This document shows, piece by piece, positions 58,830 to 64,000 of a stretch of 64,000 nt of DNA; position 1 is the stretch's first letter, and each line of letters starts with the position of its first letter. This DNA is from an uncultured Gammaproteobacteria bacterium. Lineage in GTDB: Bacteria > Patescibacteriota > Microgenomatia > Levybacterales > UBA12049. The position numbers and the translations under genes are program-made. The notes beneath the pieces were generated by a model. That model was not told the DNA's origin. It did not search any database and saw only the letters and a list, made by a program, of their open reading frames with translations. The stretch spans positions 569,316 to 633,315 of the forward strand of contig OZ246394.1 of NCBI GenBank assembly GCA_965230895.1, written 5' to 3'.

Positions 58830-61073
58830 TTACGAACCACCATTGGATCCACCTGAACCGGACCCGCCGTTTTGATCTCCTTGAAGTTGATTAATCAAGC
58901 TTGTAATATCAGTGTACAATAAATTATATCCTTCAACTGTTATACTCTTCCCTTTTTGTTTATTGAGTTCCACAAGCATAGCTTTCAAAGTTATAATTGC
59001 GAGCTTATTTCCCAATGGTTGTCTGTTGATTAATGTAGCTCTTTCTGCAACTTCAGCTTGCACTTTGAGTGCTGTATAAAATATAACGTTTTTAATTTGC
59101 TTCTGCTGGTAGAGTTTCTTGATGTCATCTTTTAGAATATTAAAGGTAATTTCACGGATAGGTTCTGTTTTAATATTATTTATATTTTCTTTATCATATG
59201 AAAGTTTATATACAGCCTCTGTTTCAGGAGTTAGATTACCCGTATAGGAAGCGGTTTTCATTTCCCCTTCCTCAGTAAATATATACTCATCCAATTGATA
59301 ATCTGGATCGGTTGCGGAGTAAAGTTCTACTCTATAATTGCTTGATTCTGGCTTTGCAAAATAGAATACCTTTACAGCTGATGTATTTGTATTAAATGGT
59401 TCTTCTACAAGTTGTGCAGGACTGTACTCCAAATAACTTTCCCCATACGTAGCTCCATTCTCATCACGAACAGTTATATAAACATCTTTATCAGCGACAT
59501 AAACCATGTAAGATAGATCAGTATGTGAAGGAATATATCTTCTAACCGATACTGCTTGGTTATTATATGAGGCAAGGGTTGTTCTATTAAATAGCGGATC
59601 ATTTATTTCAAAAGTATTGCCAGTTTTACCTTTCGCCACAACGAAATGCATACCAGGAGCATTTACTTGTAAAATATTAGGAATACCTTGATTTAAATCA
59701 TTTGTTAAAGTCGTTGTATTGAAGTACATATCAGGATTATACTCGAGAGCATCATATTGAAAGTTTGGGTTCTGCGACTTTGCTTTTTTAGCTAGATTCC
59801 CCACAGCGGACCATATAACTCCTAAATTACGATTATAGCCCTTATTTTCTTTCAACCATTTGTTTACGGTTCCTGGATTAACATCACTTCCGTCTGGCAT
59901 TTTGTTAATCCCATGATATCTTAAAATCATTGCAATTGAACTTGTAGCGCATCCACACTGCGTCATAGTCCTTCCACAGACAAACTGCCCAGCATTAGCG
60001 TGATCAAATTCTTCTGCCTCCCATGCAGGATTATTGTCATTATATGGAGCAACTCCTTGCTTAAATAAAGGTACATTTAAACTTGCTCCACCTATTGGAG
60101 GGGTTGGGATCATAGAAGGGAGAGGATTTGTAATTGTTTTTGGGTCAAAAGTACTAATTTTATCAAATTGTGCAAACCAAATATTACCGTCTGGGCCAGA
60201 AGTTATGTCATACACTGCACCTGAAGTATCGTATTCAATTACGTCTCCATTTTGTTGAAATTTTCCAATTATTTTTGTATTAGATCGTGTATACCATAGA
60301 GCATCATCTGATCCTAAAGTGAGTTGATCGACGTTTGGTTTAAATATTGGGTATTCAGTTATATCTCCGTGGTAAGTTATATTAGCGATTTTATTTCCAC
60401 CGTATTCTGTAAACCAAATATTATTGTTTGGGCCAAGAGCTATTCCTGTTGGGGAGCTTGAAAGAGTAGGTATTGTAAATTCAGTAATAACCCCTGTTGG
60501 AGTTATTCTTCCTATCTGATTGTCATTTGACTCAGTGAACCAAATATTGCCATCAGAACCACTAACAAGACGGACCAGTCCGATAAATGATGACGCTGGC
60601 AACTCAAAGTACATAACTGAACCACTACTGGATATTCTACCAATCTTATTTGTATTCCCAGAAGAAAACCACATATTATTATCTGGACCTAAAATAATAT
60701 CATCAGGAGCAAAATTATTATCAAGTTGATATTCAGTTATTGAACCATTTATTGTAGACCTTGCTACTTTATGAGAATTAAACTCAGTAAACCAGACATT
60801 ACCATTATTATCGCTAACAATCGAATTCGGCCTACTATATGGAGATGGTATTGTGTACTCTGTCACTATACCGGATATAGTAACTTTTCCTATCTTATTT
60901 GTTTCTATTGCAGTATACCAAATATTTCCGTCAGGACCTGATGTAATACTGGACACATTACTTCCATAAGGTAGTTGATAATCCTTGATACTAGAAGCCT
61001 CTGCAGTAGAACTAGCAAATAAAAAAAGTATAAACAAAGAAGTCACTAGACTAAAACGAAAAAAATTAATCAT
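58830..61073 (-). CDS. Secreted multidomain protein: 7-bladed Vgb-lyase-like beta-propeller, papain-like peptidase_C39-like domain and C-terminal beta/helical region
   Basis: Sec signal. Seven repeats of the form GPDGNIWFTE...NKIGRIT. Then QFVCGRTMTQCGCATSSIAM (Cys), GMHFVVAKG (His) and INDP (Asp/Asn). Gly/Ser tail. Confidence 0.6.
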   Translation of the reverse strand: MINFFRFSLVTSLFILFLFASSTAEASSIKDYQLPYGSNVSSITSGPDGNIWYTAIETNKIGKVTISGIVTEYTIPSPYSRPNSIVSDNNGNVWFTEFNSHKVARSTINGSITEYQLDNNFAPDDIILGPDNNMWFSSGNTNKIGRISSSGSVMYFELPASSFIGLVRLVSGSDGNIWFTESNDNQIGRITPTGVITEFTIPTLSSSPTGIALGPNNNIWFTEYGGNKIANITYHGDITEYPIFKPNVDQLTLGSDDALWYTRSNTKIIGKFQQNGDVIEYDTSGAVYDITSGPDGNIWFAQFDKISTFDPKTITNPLPSMIPTPPIGGASLNVPLFKQGVAPYNDNNPAWEAEEFDHANAGQFVCGRTMTQCGCATSSIAMILRYHGINKMPDGSDVNPGTVNKWLKENKGYNRNLGVIWSAVGNLAKKAKSQNPNFQYDALEYNPDMYFNTTTLTNDLNQGIPNILQVNAPGMHFVVAKGKTGNTFEINDPLFNRTTLASYNNQAVSVRRYIPSHTDLSYMVYVADKDVYITVRDENGATYGESYLEYSPAQLVEEPFNTNTSAVKVFYFAKPESSNYRVELYSATDPDYQLDEYIFTEEGEMKTASYTGNLTPETEAVYKLSYDKENINNIKTEPIREITFNILKDDIKKLYQQKQIKNVIFYTALKVQAEVAERATLINRQPLGNKLAIITLKAMLVELNKQKGKSITVEGYNLLYTDITSLINQLQGDQNGGSGSGGSNGGS

Positions 61074-61119
61074 AGGCCTATGTATATTTATATAATACTT
61101 TTGTATTATATTTCAATAC

Positions 61120-63624
61120 CTATTGTGAGTAATTCCATTTAATATCATTTAGAACCGGAGTAACTCTTTGATCAGTTAAGGATTCCAATGTAACCTTATA
61201 TCTAAAGCATCTTTCTGGATTAATATACTCATTATTTACATAACTTCCAAAAGGTATTTTATCTTCGATAACTGAGGATTCTGAAGTATAATAGGTGCTT
61301 TCACTCCCATCAGGGCCTACATATTTATAACCGGATGTTGGACAGTTTCCATTTATCTGAGCATGTACCGCTACTTGAATTTTTACGGAAGTATTAGAGG
61401 GTTGAGTAACATTCGCCAAAAGCCTGTTGAGCGTTCTAGCAATTGTACTTCCATCAGCGGTGGCTGTATCAAACACTTGTGATTCGAAAGTTCCACTTGG
61501 CATAAAAATCGCATTATCAGGACCCCCCTGAATAATTTTTAATTCATTCAATTGGTTATTTGCGACCATATAGACATAGTTGTCATAATCCGCTTCTGAT
61601 ACAGATGTTAGGTCATTAAAACCGTCAGAGAAATCCACTCCAGAACAATACGTTGGGGTTGCTTCTGTCTCAGTATTGAGGACCTGGTATTCCTGAGCAT
61701 TTCCCCCACCAGATACACCATCCTTTCCCACAAGTACTGCGCGTTGGCCATTGAGTACGGTCAGAGATCGTCGTGGGTATAATTCTGAAGCTCCAGCTGG
61801 TGCTGGAGACGCTCCATTATAAAATCCAGAAGATGGGGTACTTGATCCTGTCAAAAATGTCGGAGAGGTTTTAGATGTAGTATTAAGGATATAGAATTGC
61901 TTACTATCGCTTCCTCCATTTGAGGAGATATATGCTCTCGTGCCATCTGCATTTGCAAATACTGAATTTGATGCCTCCTCTGTCCCTGATCCAGTATTAA
62001 AATCTTTACTTCCGCTGACCCTCCATGTAGACGCTCCTCCAGAAATTCTTCCACAACTATTTCCTGTTAACGAAGTTCCACTCGTTGGAGCCGTTGTGAC
62101 ATTCACAATTTCAAATTCCGGATTTGTCACTCCACCGACAGCAACATAAACATAGGTATTGTTTCCCACTTTCACTGGATAAATGTCATTTGTAGCACGC
62201 AATTCGATATTTCCTCCATCCGAACAATCATTATGAATTGGAGAAGTTGTGTCGCTCCAGCTTGTCCCTGATTGGCCAGAATCATACTTCGCAGCAGTTC
62301 CCGTTGTTCCGGGCTTACACTCATAGCCATCCAATTCAATCCTACAGCCATACATATCCAAACCACTCGAGGTCGATTTACTATCAATATTTGCCAGATT
62401 GAAAACATACAGATATCCGCCTGATGCGACATATCCCCGATCGCCTAATACAGCTACGGACGAAGCACCATAGCCATATGGTGATTGATCATTACTGGAA
62501 CTTGCGATACCATTATATCTTCGTGTATTAAAAAAAGTTTTATATTTATACAGCTTATTAACCGGATCTTGGTATTCTCCACTTGTTGTATTATCGTTGG
62601 CATCATTACCGTCATTTACCCACACTGCAATCACTTCTTTATCAGGAAGATCCGTCCCAATAATTGCATAAGTATTGCCCCCTGAGGATTTATAATACTT
62701 TACGTCCGTGGTTGAAAAGCTATTTGTAAGCCCTGTACCAGATTGAGGCGAATACCCTGAGGCATATTCTGAAGAATTCATTGAAAACCGTCCACGCAAA
62801 GTTGTCGTAGGCGTTTCTGAATTTGCAGTAACATTTATATAAGCTAACTTTGAAGAACTGGTTGCGTATGGAGCAGTTGCAACAAACACATCATTTGGCT
62901 GTGCAGTAGTAGCACTAGCCGTGGCTGCAACAGCAACAGGTGGTCCATCAGGTAAATCAATCGTTGCTTCCCCTCCAAGGCTATTTAAAGCAAATGCTGG
63001 AGAACACCATTTGGCTTTATTATTATTAGCAAGTTTTATTTCTCCACCCGTATCACTCGTGTACTGAACATTAACACCTGTTCCTGCTTCAAATTGAGCT
63101 TTTGTCGTGTGTTCGGCACTTAGATTGGACGTTCTGGTCAGGAAAATGGTTGAGGTGATTGAAGATGCAATTGGCCTGGTCCAGGAAACTGTAATATTAG
63201 CTTTCCGTGTCGAAGGATCAAGTGTATTTCCTGCAGAGGTTGATGCAATTGCTCCTGAGGAATCTCTGTATACACTTGATAATACAACTTGTTGCGTAAA
63301 ACCGGCAGCATTTGATGCAGTTCCTGAAGCCATCGTCCATCGGTTATTTGAAATAACTGGATGATAAGAAGCTCCAATGGTTAAATTAGAAAGCGCTGTC
63401 CAATCACTATCCCGCACGTTTTTAACTGCAGTTTCGGTTTCTTTCATCAAAGCAATCCCTTGCAATCGTTGTTCTTGTTGCGGCTTGCCATCACGCGATG
63501 CGAGCAAACTTAACACCAAACCAGGCAAGATCAACGCTGCCAATCCTATGGTTAAAACTAATTCTACTAATAATTGTCCTCGCTGTAGCTTCTTCATCTT
63601 ATTGCATACTTGAAATAACTCCAT
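61120..63624 (-). CDS. Giant pilin-like protein (834 aa) with prepilin-type N-terminus and a large Ser/Thr/Gly/Asn-rich extracellular domain; candidate tip adhesin
   Basis: KKLQRG|QLLVELVLTIGLAALILPGLVL has Glu5; the rest is a beta-rich domain dominated by S/T/G/N/Y. Confidence 0.55.
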   Translation of the reverse strand: MELFQVCNKMKKLQRGQLLVELVLTIGLAALILPGLVLSLLASRDGKPQQEQRLQGIALMKETETAVKNVRDSDWTALSNLTIGASYHPVISNNRWTMASGTASNAAGFTQQVVLSSVYRDSSGAIASTSAGNTLDPSTRKANITVSWTRPIASSITSTIFLTRTSNLSAEHTTKAQFEAGTGVNVQYTSDTGGEIKLANNNKAKWCSPAFALNSLGGEATIDLPDGPPVAVAATASATTAQPNDVFVATAPYATSSSKLAYINVTANSETPTTTLRGRFSMNSSEYASGYSPQSGTGLTNSFSTTDVKYYKSSGGNTYAIIGTDLPDKEVIAVWVNDGNDANDNTTSGEYQDPVNKLYKYKTFFNTRRYNGIASSSNDQSPYGYGASSVAVLGDRGYVASGGYLYVFNLANIDSKSTSSGLDMYGCRIELDGYECKPGTTGTAAKYDSGQSGTSWSDTTSPIHNDCSDGGNIELRATNDIYPVKVGNNTYVYVAVGGVTNPEFEIVNVTTAPTSGTSLTGNSCGRISGGASTWRVSGSKDFNTGSGTEEASNSVFANADGTRAYISSNGGSDSKQFYILNTTSKTSPTFLTGSSTPSSGFYNGASPAPAGASELYPRRSLTVLNGQRAVLVGKDGVSGGGNAQEYQVLNTETEATPTYCSGVDFSDGFNDLTSVSEADYDNYVYMVANNQLNELKIIQGGPDNAIFMPSGTFESQVFDTATADGSTIARTLNRLLANVTQPSNTSVKIQVAVHAQINGNCPTSGYKYVGPDGSESTYYTSESSVIEDKIPFGSYVNNEYINPERCFRYKVTLESLTDQRVTPVLNDIKWNYSQ

Positions 63625-64000
63625 ACCTATTTAATCGTAGAACTTTCTGATCATTATTCATACTGTCATGAATCGTAATAACAGCTGACGTACTTGCATA
63701 ATTTGTAACTTCTCCACTCCCTTTTGTAAATGTTATCGATGAACTTGCGGAAGCTGTTGTTATAGTTAATGTGTTCGGATATGATACTGCGAAATTAGCT
63801 GAAGCAGTGGCTACATATGTACCTTTATATAGTATATATCGATGATTTGCCGAATCAAATTGGATACCATAATTATCAGCAGTTGTTGTACCACTTGTGT
63901 CACCAGACATAGCTTTTGCTTGTTGATCTTTCAGATCTGCCATAAATGTATTTAAGGTAGAATTAAGCTGTGATTCATTTTGGAACCTGAACAAGCTAAC
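63599..64000 (-). CDS. Pilin-like or pilus-associated protein, 3' part (the N-terminus lies beyond the window edge)
   Basis: The ORF is open to the window end and Ser/Thr-rich like its neighbour; the first Met in the track is probably not the true start. Confidence 0.35.
   Translation of the reverse strand, partial: VSLFRFQNESQLNSTLNTFMADLKDQQAKAMSGDTSGTTTADNYGIQFDSANHRYILYKGTYVATASANFAVSYPNTLTITTASASSSITFTKGSGEVTNYASTSAVITIHDSMNNDQKVLRLNRYGVISSMQ

Overview
The window is a low-GC (roughly 38-40%) bacterial chromosomal segment, densely coded in standard genetic code 11 with no in-frame TGA problems. Recognisable housekeeping genes are uvrA, uvrC, mutS, mutL, rnhB, an HhH-GPD glycosylase, holA, nadD/nadE, ahcY plus a PfkB kinase, secG, a tRNA-dihydrouridine synthase, an archaeal-type PGM/PMM, cupin and PGI/PMI trio, and three tRNAs (Lys-CTT, Lys-TTT, Glu-TTC). 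Accessory content is interspersed among them. (1) A large serine recombinase sits next to the 3' end of tRNA-Lys(CTT), with DsbA and two CDF metal-efflux genes on the same side. (2) Two adjacent surface proteins share a Cys-containing dockerin-like module; one also carries a CAP/SCP domain, and the pair lies next to a 683-aa disordered RGG-rich protein. (3) There is a secreted tyrosinase with a Met-rich N-terminal segment. (4) A cluster of stress and detoxification genes spans the region (MerR/GyrI-like regulator, PhnB-like, FMN reductase, MsbA-like ABC exporter, DinB_2). (5) A short two-hairpin interspersed repeat family occurs at four or more intergenic sites and shows compensatory base changes. 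(6) At the right end, a type IV pilus-like locus carries two tandem major-pilin paralogs with a divergent central segment and a conserved palindromic 5' leader. It also holds an orphan response regulator, a cyclase, pseudopilins, a secreted 7-bladed propeller plus C39-like peptidase protein, and an 834-aa pilin-headed giant protein, and it runs off the window edge. Gene content and style (T4P, small surface-protein repertoire, archaeal-type sugar enzymes) suggest a Patescibacteria/CPR-like or other reduced-genome low-GC organism, but that is inference only. No CRISPR array, rRNA or obvious phage structural genes were seen.
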